Origin: Ophelia neglecta
Taxonomy: Eukaryota
Length of the DNA: 64,000 nt
Reading direction: 5' to 3'
Assembly (NCBI GenBank): GCA_965285935.1
Contig: OZ260665.1
Coordinates: forward strand, 5,704,001-5,768,000
The notes under the pieces are model-generated. The model saw only the letters and a list, made by a program, of their open reading frames with translations. It was not told the DNA's origin and searched no databases. A program made the translations under genes and the position numbers. Position 1 is the first letter of the stretch. The number at the start of each line of letters is the position of its first letter. This document shows positions 14,030-26,600 of this stretch, piece after piece.

Positions 14030-14600
14030 ATGCTTTGACATTTTGAGAGCTGTACCGGAATGACATTATCTTGGCGAGAGCGGGCATATTGTGCCTTAAG
14101 ACTGTCGAAGGGGAACATGATCCTTTATGCCATGCTTTTTACATCTACACGCTATTCTTATCAGCCATGTTTGTTAAGCTCCTGCCACATTATACATGCT
14201 TGGATGGACAAGCTACGGATTCTTGTTCCCAAAAAAGTAATCTCCATAGCCAAGGGTATACGTGCTATTGGTTTTATCATAGGATTGAAATAGCCAAGCG
14301 GTCTCTGGCCATAACTTAAGAATACCCTTACTATAGTAAGCTGTTTTATTAGACACGCCAAGGGAAAAATATGCTATTCTGAATGAAGGCAATACACATA
14401 TATCATTGCATTACACGTTACTATAATACGGATGTATCTGGTAGCACAGATACATAGTGTGTAACTGTGTACCTAATATAATCACGAGGAACGACGCTTA
14501 TTTGATTGGCGGGCCTGTTTTTAGGGGTGTAATGCATGGAGGAGATTGCCAGAATAGTTGCCGAGGAGATGAACAGAGAGGAAAATAATGTGAGGGAGAT
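14030..14600 (-). mobile_element. Copy of an unclassified interspersed repeat family (other copies about 52020-52408 plus 61859-62070, and 63300-63990)
   Basis: Shared blocks catcgtt(c/t)ctcgtgatt, ttcattcagaata, aatggccagagac, gtgtagatgtaaaaag, tcatgttccccttcg and ttaaggca occur in the same order in the copies. Confidence 0.65.
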
Positions 14601-15534
14601 GGTCACATGGGTCAGTATGGCCAGGGAGATGGTCAGTGGGGAAGTATAGTCAGGGAGAAAATATGGCCAGGGAGCTGGTCAGTGGGGAAATAGTGGCTAG
14701 ACAGATGGCCACAGGGGAATGTATGGATGTTTTCACACCTATTTGTTGCTTCAAGTTAATACCCTTTTAAACCTGAACTTTGGTATTAAATATGTTTTAT
14801 ATAAAGTAAAGAACACGCTCATGAAGCAAGCAACAATTTTATGTCACCTTGAAAATGGCAACAAAACATACTGCAGCAACATCTGGCGGCCGCTCCATTA
14901 GTATAAGTGTATATTTGTATGGTATTGAGGTTTACAGAAAGCAAATTCCTTATTCCTGAGAACTTGGGGAAAAAAAATCACAATATTACAAAAAGGAGTC
15001 GTACTCAATTTCGTATTATCGAAATACACCACCGGAAAATCACGATTCCTCGTCAGCGGGAAGGTTTTTTCTCGTGATATTGGTCTGCGGACACAATTCC
15101 AGTAGGCTATAGAGATTAGCTGACAAATTAAATTGAAAATGTATTGGCATTTATTGTCGCTTGCAGATAAACAATGCGATACCAGAAATATAGATTTTCC
15201 TGACCAAATACAATCAAATTTGTGCTGAATTGAGAGATAAAAGTCCAGAGCAGGGACATTTGCAAGTGCTGTTCGTTGTTGCTTTTTGGGCAAACCCAGG
15301 GTAACGAAATGCGGGTAACCTATCGTGAAACTCGGGGAAGATAGTACCAATAACATGGAACACACAGACAATTATATGAAACCAATGAAACCTAACATGA
15401 TACCCAGGAACACAAGCATGAAACCCAGCGATATAAATACGTGGCATGGGAGCAATCACTCACAAGAAACCCAGAGTTTTATAATGAAAGCCAGGGACAC
15501 GAGCATACAACATAGGGCCCCACCATGAAAACCA

Positions 15535-15871
15535 AAGTGGGTTGGTCGGTTGTTTGGGTTTTTTCGTGGCTTACAACGCTTATCGGTCATATCGCCACGG
15601 TGCCTAATTGTGACAGTGGGCTCAATGACCTCTTTAAAGTGCTGGCTCACCGGAGTACCTGCCGTAGACACCAGACAGGGAACCCCTCCCAGTCACATTA
15701 TACACAGTATACTGACACCGGGTTGACCAGTCTTGATACTACCCCCGAAATGTCGGGCCACTACCAGGGGAGCTATCAGTAACTTGTTCAAGTCTTAGTT
15801 TTGACGCGATCGTGATTTGATCCCCGATCTACCACTTGCGAGGCGGATGCTTGAAACACTCGGCCACGCTT
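15535..15871 (-). mobile_element. tRNA-derived SINE, probably with a Meta-type central domain, with 10-bp TSD
   Basis: On -: A box TGGCCGAGTG, degenerate B box GGATCAAATC, central GACTGGTCAACCCGGTGTCAGTATA...ATGTGACTGGG, degenerate (CAAA/CAAC)n tail. Direct repeat ATGAAAACCA at 15525-15534 and 15872-15881. The Meta-domain assignment is from memory. Confidence 0.75.
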
Positions 15872-16854
15872 ATGAAAACCAGGGACACAAATAGGATTCT
15901 CATATCTTTCAGCACTGGGTTTTTGGATTGTAATTTATAAGTATCCTTGAATACACGTAGGCATGAACAACATCTTTATTGCTAATAATTATAATATATA
16001 TTATACACACATAAAGAATGTGAATTTTTACAAAACATTATCTAACGATTCTTCTGTGTGTATCCAATATTACTGTTGATAGATGTTTTGTTGATTGTTG
16101 ATAGAAAATGATGTAAATAAAGTATAAATAAAGTTCTCTCCTGGCATTATTGGCGAGGGAGCCACCATGTTTTTATTCTTATATAAACCACAGGCCAGAT
16201 ATTGTATCCTTTCTTCTAGAATACACTATGTATTTTTACATACAATGCAATCTCCGGAAAACCGCTAAATTCTTAGGGGATTTACATAACATTTGAACAT
16301 TATTCAAAACGTTAGCAATTTCCATTATTGCAACGATATAAAATATAACAATTAAAACCATGCCCTGAACGTCATTCACATAAGCTAATATTCATAGCTA
16401 CAAGTATCCCCTAATCAATATGGAAAATAATAAATTATTTATGATTAGTATTAACCATCTATAAGTTTCTTTGTGTAGGTATAAGTTCCTTTGTGACGTG
16501 AAATCATATTTAACAAACATATCTTCAAACTTGCTATATTTTACCATATTATTTGATGACAATTTTCGATAAAACTATCTATAACAATAAGTGTATATAT
16601 ATCTTTTTAACGGTTCGGCAAGACAAACCGCCCATGTAGAGGTGCCAACAAATGTTCACTTATTGTGGTAACGCCATGATACCCATTCATTTTTAGCAAA
16701 AATATTTCATTGTTTAGAATGAATCACAGTAGAGTTCACAATATATAAAAAGGCTTTCATCTGGCTTATTGCCACTGGAAAATATATTATGTTAACAGTT
16801 GGTTGTTGGTAGTCTGTAACGAGTGACAGCGGCTGGTGGCGACACTAGGCGGTT

Positions 16855-19800
16855 TTACTTCTTTGAAAAGTACATGAAATCCTGGAAAGAAGAAACCTTT
16901 TCAGTTTCACTCAAACAGTGGCATGAGTTCTGAACACAGATTATTCAAAGCAAATATGGATTAGTACACCATGCAATTTGAAGACAAAAATGCAAACGGT
17001 AACTTGGCGATAGGGTGTTCATAGTTTACGGCTATATAAGTCCTTACATTTGAAACATACAATTGTGGAATGAGAGATACGTGATGGATTTGGTTTCAAC
17101 CTTATTACTAAAGTCTCATTTGATTGTATAAGCATTTCATTCATGTTTTAATACAAAATGCAGTTCAAACATTGACATAAAACTATAAAGGAGACAGAGA
17201 GAGCTCATAGGCACGAGTTATGTTTTGTACATATCTCAACAAGGCGTAACTCACGATAAGGAAGAGGGCTCCCATAAAGGTTGCTTTCATTGAAATATCC
17301 AGGTTCATCGGAACTACAAAAGGAAATTGAGAATGCAGGTTACCTGGCAGAAAATCCTCGATCTTTAGTGTGAAATTATTTATAAAATCGCCCAAATTGA
17401 TCAGGAAGCATCAGGTGACAGACCCACAAATATCTTTTTTCTTCTTTATAATTTTAAAAGAATGTACATGTACCAAGTTAAAAATAACATATCAGTTGGA
17501 AAGTTCCAAACCCACCATTCCCGCTTTCCAATATGTTATTCCCAGTATAAATGTAATAGCTAGGTGGTATTTTGATTAAATACCTGGGTTAAGTTTTAAG
17601 AACAGATTTGTTAGTTATCAGAATATGTTATGATGTCATAAAATACCTGCTTATTTGTAAAATTTGGAAGAGAGCCAAATTCGGCAGCTCATACGAAGAG
17701 CATGTTATCATTCTTGTGTTATCAAACATGCTTTTTATGTGAGCCAAACAGGTTGTTATATAAATTGGAAATATACCTTGTTCATTAAACTTATGGGCGT
17801 CCAGCAAATCAATTTCCCTTGTGCTGGCGTCCAGATCATCATATTTGAATTTGTAAAACCTATACTTGTACATTCATGTTTGTTTTGATCAAGTAAACAA
17901 TATATCAATCAAACTATTAGGGTTGAGTAATACGGGTACATACATGAGACGGAGAATGAATCGGCGTCGGTTAGAAACTCTTTGGCCAGTCCACTCCATT
18001 GCTTTGATACGATCCCTATCTCTGATACCTCGCCTGCATCCGTGATCTAACGATACATGAAATAAACTTAAAATCTTTAAACGTTCGAAGGAGTAGTCAT
18101 TAATACAGCATGCCCCCATCGGTTAAAAATGAATAGTCTTTGATATGCCTTAATACAATTTCCATGTGTTATTCTCTTTCGGAAAGAAAGAGGTGAGGAT
18201 AAATTTTAAATCAAAAGACGGATGTATATGGTGATAGTGGTAACGCGCGAGGAATGGCGACTGATTGTCATGATCAATGACACCTGTTGACGATCAGATA
18301 TTAAGAAGATTAATTGGGTAAGGCCCGGAGGTAATAACATGATTAGCACTAAATAAGCACTACCGGGAAATGTAAATCTCCACAGCATGGACAATGGCCG
18401 ACATGACCAGGTCCTTTGAAGCGTCACTTACCGGGAACTGTAAATCTCCACAGCAGGGACAATGGCCGACATGACCAGGTCCTTTGAAGCGTCACTTACC
18501 GGGAACTGTAAATCTCCACAGCAGGGACAATGGCCGACATGACCAGGTGTGTGACGCGTCACTTACCGGGAACTGTAAATCTCCACAGCAGGGACAATGA
18601 CGGTCTTTATACGTGTTACCTACCCGGAATTATAAATCTTCGCAGTGCCAGTGAAGCAGTGCCTGACATAACACTGTTGTTTGCCGTTGACTTACCGCAA
18701 ACTGTAAATTTTCCAAGAAAGGCTAGCGACAGATGTGACAAGCTCATTTTAATGTGTAACTTATGGGAATTGAATATGTCCAGAGCAGGCGTAAGTGAAA
18801 TCCATAACTCCTTTGTCATGTCACTTACCGGGAATTGTAAATCTCCACAGCAGGAATGATGACACACACAACACGTTGGATTCACGTGCCACTTACCGGG
18901 AATTGTAAATCTCCACAGCAGGGACAATGACAGACACAACATGGCCCGTTGATATGTCCCACAGGCTCCATCTCAGGCGTCATCACCACATACTTCGGCT
19001 TCCATGCACTCTTACTAATTAAAAAAAAACAATCGTAATTCTCTTTTGTGTGGATTAACACGACACTGCAAAGCCTTGTCTGAGAACAACGTCCTGTCTA
19101 AGAACAACTCCCTGCCTAAGAACAATACCCTGCCTGAGAACAACACCCTGTCTGAGAACAACGCTTTGTCTAAGAACAACACCCTGTCTAAGAACAACGT
19201 CCTGTTTAAAAACAACGCCCTGTCTGGGAACAACGCCCTGTCTAAGAACAACGCCCTGTCTGGGAACAACACCCTGTTAGAGAACAACGCCCTGTCTGAG
19301 AACAACGACCTGTCTAAGAAAAACGCCCTGTCTGAGAACAACGACCTGTCTAAGTACAACGCCCTGTCTAAGAACAACACCCTGCCTGAGAACAACGCAC
19401 TGTCTGAGAACAACACCCTGTTAGAGAACAACACCCTGTCTAAGAACAACGCCCTGTCTGGGAACAACACCCTGTTAGAGAACAACGCCCTGTCTGAGAA
19501 CAACGACCTGTCTAAGAAAAACGCCCTGTCTGAGAACAACGACCTGTCTAAGTACAACGCCCTGTCTAAGAACAACACCCTGCCTGAGAACAACGCCCTG
19601 TCTGAGAACAACGCCCTGTCTGAGAACAACACCCTGTCTGAGAACAACGCCCTGCCTGAGAACAACACCCTGCCTGAGAACAACACCCTGTCTGAGGACA
19701 ACGCCCTGTCTGAGAACAACACCCTGTTAGAGAACAACGCCCTGTTAGAAAACAACGCCCTGTCTAAGAACAACGCCCTGTCTGAGGACAACACCCTGCC

Positions 19801-22800
19801 TGAGAACAACGCCCTGTCCAGGAACAACATTTTGTCTGAGGACAACACCCTGTCTAAGAACAACGCCCTGTCTGAGAACTGCGCCCTGTCTAAGAACAAC
19901 GTCCTGTCTAAGAACAACACCCTGTCTAAGAACAACGTCCTGTCTAAGAACAACGCCCTGTCTGGGAACAACACCCTGTCCAGGAAAAACGCCATGTCTA
20001 AGAACAACGACTTTGTCTAAGAACAACGCCTTGTCTGAGAACAACATTCTTTCTGAGTGCATCATCCTCTCTGAAAACAGTACCCTGTCTAAGAAGAAAA
20101 ACACAGTCTTAGAACAACGCCCTGTCTTAGGACAACGCCCAGTCCGAGAACAACGCCCTGTCTGAGAAAAACGCCCTGTCTGAGAACAACGACCTGTCTA
20201 CATCACACCTGTCTTAGAACAACACCTTGTCTGATGACAGCACTGCAGAACATGGAAATGACTGTCTAGTATTACATAGCGAGGATGTAATTCCGTTTAG
20301 TAATATATTGTGAAATATATTTGCGAAATTGTCCTGGATTTGTAATATGTTTCACGTTTAAATGGCTGATATCGTACTTTCCAATTTAATTGAGAGTTGA
20401 AGGTCTATATTGATACTTACGACTGGCGTACATAGCCTAGAACATTTTGGTCTCTGTCGAACACCGTCACAAGAAAAGCACAGTGGTCAGAGCATGCGCA
20501 CCAGCAACATCCCGCACAGCACTTAAACTCACGTACTATCCGCATTACAACCTGAAAAGTAGCTTAAATACTCCAGTAGGCAATGAAATAACACAGATAA
20601 GGCTGTATAATAATAATTGGTCAGTTTCAAAGCATTATCTTCATGCATATACATGTATTATTAAAATTCCAAAAGGTTCATGACGATTCCCTCCATTTTA
20701 TACTACTGGTAAAAACCACCCATCAATGTCGTAAACTCCTGACAGTACTCATCGAACCCAACCGCCCAAAATAAACACTCATTCCCCAGGTCCAATTCAA
20801 ACAACCTCTCAGACCAATAAATTAAGTACATAAGTGTGTAATCTCCAAAACTTTCAAATTGCTGACTTTCTCAGGAAAAACTTAACTCCTCACTCCGCCT
20901 TATCAAAAGTCTTAAGTCAGTTCACCACTCATCAAATCATTTTATCTATTCAGCCAGGTTATATATTCAAAATTCCTTTACAATCATAAGGTCCGAGACA
21001 AGAGAGTAAACCCCTTTCAAACATTGGTTAACAGCAGAACACTTAACATCGCACAACGCTTCAAAATAATCCACTAGTATCTTAAAACACAGAGACTTAC
21101 AGGTTTATTTGATATTGAAAGAAACAAGAATAAGCGAAATTTCCATTTGAAACTAAAAGAAGATGATAAAAGGAAAAAAAATGGAACATGAATATCAGTA
21201 AGTTTTTTTTTGCTTATGTACTGATACACAAGTTTAAAGAATCGGTTGCAGGTGGTGCAGCTATGGCAAGTCAACTTCGCATGGGGCAATATTGCGAATG
21301 AGTTAACAAAATAGCTAAATAATGAATCATTAAATCATTGAGTTAGCTATTTTTAACATAATGTTACACATAACTTGGCTTTTTGCAGGTAGCAAATGCT
21401 ATGGCGATGCTACATCCTGTTACATGTTGGTCTCTTTCATCAGATGAAAATGTTAACCGAACATATATCCAGTATAAAATTGGGATAAATTGGTTAGGGT
21501 GCGTACTAAAGATGAATTATAAAAGTGCAACCAATGTAGCTTATCCATAGCTTGTGCTTTCGCCGTTATACAAACCGATAACACACCCTATTCATATTAT
21601 CTGTTATGTTGATGATAAAGCCGCGGTCCCTCCCACAGAACTGGCGCATAAGGCAGCTGGAGTCTGAAATATGTAATACAAGTAGTTTTAGACATTATAT
21701 ATTACTTCATAATATGACATTTACAAAACAGTCATTTATGGTAACTTTAGTATAACAACATTTACTGCATACTATGATAATAGAGTGGGAATTATAGTTA
21801 ATTAACTCCTATCCAAACACTGAGGTGAAAGTAACTACTGCTGACGCACATCTTGTTGATATAACCATACATTGTGAACAGTTTCGGGAATACCGATACT
21901 TGAATGTAGCCATTTTACATAATAGATCCTACTACTTAATGGTTACTCACTGTGTTGTGAGTATATACTACTTAATAACCAATACAGTGACAAGACATAC
22001 TCAGGCTACATAGCGGACATTTCCCTGTCTCACTAATGGTCACTCAGTTGTAGGTCGTTCAATGACGAAATAAGATGCGACACCCATCATGTTTATTCTC
22101 AGGTCAAAATAAAGAACTACTAAATCCAGTCTATAGCAGACTGTGTGGAGCCTGTAGATTATATTTGTTTGTATGACCTTTCTGACAGCGCTACGCTACT
22201 TCCAATAGTTCCTGGGAACAACACAATTAGTATGAAAATGTTTCATGAACTTGTTGAAATTGTCATATCAACTTTGGACCAGTGTCAAAAGTAGTATTTA
22301 CATATAATTATATATTATCTTTATTGTGACTCCCATCCTGGCAGGAACTTTTTGCCAAATGTGTAGACACGCTTACTTATTAACCGTGGGTTAAGAAGTA
22401 TATCGTATGTTCTGTACACAGGCCTAGTAATAGTTGGTATTTGATGTCAATATTCAATCCCTCTGATTTCCCAACAATTATGTAAAATTAAGCAAATGAA
22501 CAGACGTTACATTTGATTGAAATACAAACGACGCTAGCATTTTCTCTCTTTCAGGGCAGAAATGTTTAAATGATAAGGTCGTGCTTCCGAGGCCTATGCA
22601 ACCTGTATATGGAACTTCTGTCAGTGACGATGTACTTCCTAGGCGGCAATGTACAATAAATATATACTTGCTTTCCTCTGCAAAGTAGACCTGCTGCCCC
22701 ACACTGTTGAACACTCTGTATCTGTTATTGACTTCCCACCCAGTAATGGCTAGAGGATATAAAAAAAGTAAATAATTGGAAAAATGAGTTCAGTAAAACA

Positions 22801-25800
22801 AGAATCATTCGTTTTCGAAAAGAAAGAACAGTGAGCGATAATGAGACCCATCGCATACGGGTCGTTCTCGCTTGTAAGATAGTTTTGGAAATTGTACGAA
22901 CATGTCCTGCTTCAGGAAATTGTACTATTTACAGAAAGCTAACAATGATTTGAGTAGTTTATTTTAAACGTTGAAGACTGTCATTCAGGGAAATGTTTGT
23001 ACTTGAACATTTATCACTGGCCTTACCTTCCAAAAGTTCTACCTCTTGTTTTACGATCAGTTGGTCGATTAGAGACAAGTACTCTAGACCAGGCGGACAT
23101 CCGGCTACTATCGGCAGGGTCATCCACTGCACTGATATACAGAAAAAAACGCATGTTAATATCACATCCTGTACGGTTATATACATGTAGAAGGCACATG
23201 TTAATATCGCATCCCCTGTACGGTTATATACAAGAATAATACGCAAGTTAACATCACATTCCCTGTACGGCTGTATACAGGTAGAAGGCGCGTGTTAATA
23301 TTACATTCCATGTACGGTTATATACAGGAGGAAGACTTATTACACATTCCCTGTACGGTTATATACAGGAGGAATACTTATTACACATTCACGGTACTGT
23401 GACAAAGAAAGCAAGCTGGTATACTTGACACACGCTTTGTTATACCTTGTATACACTGAAGGACGCATGTGGTACAACCTATCGAAGTAAATATCACAAT
23501 CGGTGTGGCAACAAAGATTATGTCTAAACGCTTGCGTTTCTTTCAAAATCCTGAATAAGCTCCTTTTCATTAAACCGGTACAAGTTCACCAGGAACTGTC
23601 AACTGCAAACCCATAAATATCAATTCACAGTAAATGTAAATAAGTCAGCAACAAACTTAAGTCTTGAAATAAGAAGCAGTCAACATTGGTCAAAAAGCTC
23701 GAGCTTGTGGTGAGCACAATTTACCCACAAGAAGGACTAGCAGAAATTTTAATCATTATTGAGGATTTTGAACCACATACCAAGGCAAGGACAGTTCATT
23801 TCATATGAAACTACTGATTGGTTGATTTTAACTAATATTTGACACGAGAGACGAATGCTGGAAAAGCGAATATAATATGACTGAGGTACAAGATAAAATC
23901 TAAAAAACGAGAGTGGATTCCCGGCATACAAAGCAAAGTCGCAAAAATAACGAGAAACGTCTATTTAGAAGGTTCCCAATTCACCGGGAACTGTCAGTTA
24001 GAGGCCATACTAATAAAAACCAGCTCCATAATGTAAAGTAAAATTGTGATGAAATCAAATATATATAAAGGAAATACATATCCAACCGCCCATTTTTTGT
24101 GTGCTCCGATATAAGAATACACAAAGTGTAGTACTGTCTTATGGTTCGTCAGCAGCCATTAGGCATTCTTAAAGATTTATACAGCTTTAAATGATTAGAC
24201 AAGAATCTTGTCTATTGGGGTTAGTTATGGATAGATATATATAGATGACAAAGGAAATGCGTGAATCATATAGTGTTTAATTCAAGAAAAATCAGCTCTT
24301 CTATTTTAATTTATTTTAAATGATCCTTTTTATAAAAGTGCTTTTTCGTGTGTGGCCATCTTCTATTTGCACGTACCTTGTACCCCGGTTGCAGGTGGCT
24401 CCATCGGTCCCACAGCCTGGCTGTTGTAGGTCGTATTGCCGTAGTTCATACCATATTGAGTCGCCTGCTTCTGCGGCTCTGAAACATATATACAGAACAA
24501 ACTGGTTAAAAGGCCAACCGAACTAGTATGAATAGGCAAAATTAAGCTCACTTTGTCTAGAACAATTAAATACATGTATATATAAACTGTACTCTGTATC
24601 TAAATATACATATATAACACAAGTATGATGATCATATTTGCTGGCACATTTCACAGCAATTTGGGACTGGACATACGATAATCAAAGCTCGATCACTGAT
24701 TCGCTCAAACATCATAAATTACGGAGTCAAGCTGACCAAGTAGCTCTGACGTCATCTCCCTGGCATAAACAAAGCAGACAGCATAGGCACAGGGCCTTTT
24801 CTAGATGATACCACTGTATATATAAAAGTTAGTGCCAGACCGAGAATTCAAATTCTGTGCTCTAGAATTTTCCATTAAATCGCTCCGATTTTTTTAGTTA
24901 AACTGAGGCTATCTTCAACTTGTTGTCAGTATGACATCATTAATATATAGAATACATGAAGCGTAGTTGACGAGTCCTTAATGTCAACAGTCCATATTAA
25001 CAATAGATCAACATTTCATTTGACAGGCTTAACTAAAAAACTTATACATTATCATAGATCGTCACAGTGCGGATGTACTCTGAGTTGTGAATAGTCTGTC
25101 ATTCTAACTTTATAAATAAGACGTGCCCTATAATATTTTGTTCTATTCAACTCAACCAACGAAACTTCAAAGCTCGCATGGTGGAGGACATTTCAGTTCA
25201 ATAGGTCAGGGGGCCTACATGAGCTTTCCCATGAGCTGCTTTCTTGGTCCGCTTAAATAAAAACCAATGTGCCTATGTACCTAATAACTAATTACAAAAT
25301 AGTTCGATAAAGCGTACACATATAAGGACACATTTATGACAAGGCGACTGTGGACCTCCTTGATGTTGGCTTATCATATTGTGTAAACACACTCAGCCTG
25401 GTACACGTACTTCGTGCCAGTGGGAGCACGGCACGGACCCCAAGGTTTTAAGAGAAAAGGGGTAGGGGCAGCTGGAAAACTAACTCATTACCGGACTGAT
25501 CGCCCAAACACAGGGTAGATTATTAATAATAAATATTTATTTTGCCATTTATTGGCCTCTCCTGTTCTCGTAAGCTACCTCAAGTACGCCTTAAAATATA
25601 AAAAGGAAAATGTGCCCAAAATATAAAATGAAATAGATAATCACGCTATTAAAATAATATGGTTGTTTTTCAAAAGGGTCACCCTCTTATAAGCTGGGCG
25701 AACGTCGTTTCATTGATTAATCCGTGGACCCTTGGGGGTACACAGTTTTTACAGCGTTACTGCTATTAAATAGCCCCCCCCCCCATCCCACCAACTCCAC

Positions 25801-26013
25801 TATGATCAATGTTCAAAAGATAAGCCAACAATTTAATTGGAATGCTATTATATACATCCATATATCTCCATTATAGCCATGAACATATAGTTTACCGAAC
25901 AATGTTTTCGTTTATTACCTATGTGCGTTTAATTTTCCACCATATACTCATTATTTACTATGATTTAACATAGTCTAAGGAAGCCTACCTGTAGTTATTG
26001 GCTGGGCCATCAT
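16855..26013 (-). CDS. PLSCR: Phospholipid scramblase (PLSCR/Scramblase family), 10 coding exons, about 274 aa
   Basis: Exons 26013-25989, 24478-24377, 23131-23027 ([25 protein letters not shown]), 22749-22672 ([25 protein letters not shown]), 21663-21587 ([20 protein letters not shown]), 20551-20421 ([13 protein letters not shown]), 19014-18897 ([19 protein letters not shown]), 18046-17944 ([25 protein letters not shown]), 17313-17255 ([20 protein letters not shown]), 16881-16855 (DFMYFSKK*). Phases are consistent and the total is 825 nt. The exon 4 donor is ambiguous (see findings). Confidence 0.93.
18355..18935 (-). repeat. Tandem array (about 57-72 bp period, about 9 copies) of the scramblase exon-7 3' end plus its 5' splice donor
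   Basis: + strand marker acttaccggga(a/c)tgtaaatctccacagcagg at about 18358, 18426, 18494, 18561, 18618, 18690, 18759, 18823 and 18891 (the last is the real donor). The well-preserved copies read ...CCGDLQFP|gtaagt on -. Confidence 0.9.
19071..20235. repeat. 18-bp minisatellite (AACAAC(G/A)CCCTGTCT(G/A)AG), about 64 copies, in scramblase intron 6
   Basis: Direct reading; it produces 6-aa-repeat ORFs on both strands (NNALSE / LFLDRA). Confidence 0.95.
20690..21080 (-). mobile_element. Degraded non-LTR retrotransposon (LINE) 3' fragment
   Basis: The minus strand reads [14 protein letters not shown], resembling the C-terminal ER.C..C...GDE.H zinc-finger region of LINE ORF2, with many stops. 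Confidence 0.35.
23132..23395 (-). repeat. About 46-bp tandem repeat (about 6 copies) abutting the 3' splice site of scramblase exon 3
   Basis: Repeated cctgtacggttatataca...gcatgttaatatcacat; the terminal copy forms the pyrimidine tract and acceptor of exon 23131-23027. Confidence 0.8.
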
Positions 26014-26398
26014 TCAGTACGTGATAGTGTAAACCCCTGATACCAACAAAGCCCTCCTTGTGTAGTCTGTTGTCAAAATTATCATTCGTTCTTCCAAACA
26101 CGCACGATGTTTCACGCATTAATCACCGGGACAGCTTATATCCGACGTGTGGTACTATCTACTACGTACGCCAGACGACCGGTGCTTACCACAACGTCAT
26201 GTGAATTGGTTAGTCAGTGTAAAGGCCTAAATCTCAACGAGAACGAAGGAGGAGCTGACATCTGGCGGCCGTTATTTATATCATCGTCGTATATATTATC
26301 TTTATAAAGTCGAATGGATATCTAAGATATATTTTCAAGCCATTTATATTGCAATCACTTCTTATAGAGCAAATCCACAATAGGACCTACTACACCAG

Positions 26399-26600
26399 TA
26401 CCGTAAAAACCATCATATTTCGCGGTCCTTACTATTCGCTGTTTTTTACGCTCAACTAAGTTTTCAGCTCATACTTTTTGCGATTTAGAGCTTCTGTCAA
26501 TAGGTTCTTAATTGTCTAGAGCCATTTAATATCGCAGTTTTTACCGTGCTCTCGAAGTTCGCGAAATAAAAGGCTTGCGATAATTAGGGGATTTACAGTA
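26399..26600. mobile_element. MITE with TAC(C/T)GTAAA...TTTACAGTA termini
   Basis: taccgtaaaaaccatcatatttcgcg ... cgcgaaataaaaggcttgcgataattaggggatttacagta; imperfect TIR with TA ends. Confidence 0.55.

Noticed and set aside
15790-15871. tRNA gene
   Set aside because: A and B boxes are degenerate and continue into a SINE body with tail and TSD.
17628-17873. ORF with [16 protein letters not shown], superficially like scramblase exon 7
   Set aside because: The true exon 7 is at 19014-18897. This segment lies after exon 8, lacks the GPCC motif and has an incompatible phase.
18355-18935. CRISPR-like appearance of regularly spaced repeats
   Set aside because: Eukaryotic context, no unique spacers or cas genes; the unit derives from the adjacent exon and donor.
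19015-20104. 324-aa and 330-aa repeat ORFs as real protein genes
   Set aside because: They lie wholly within an intronic 18-bp minisatellite; openness is explained by unit length and composition.
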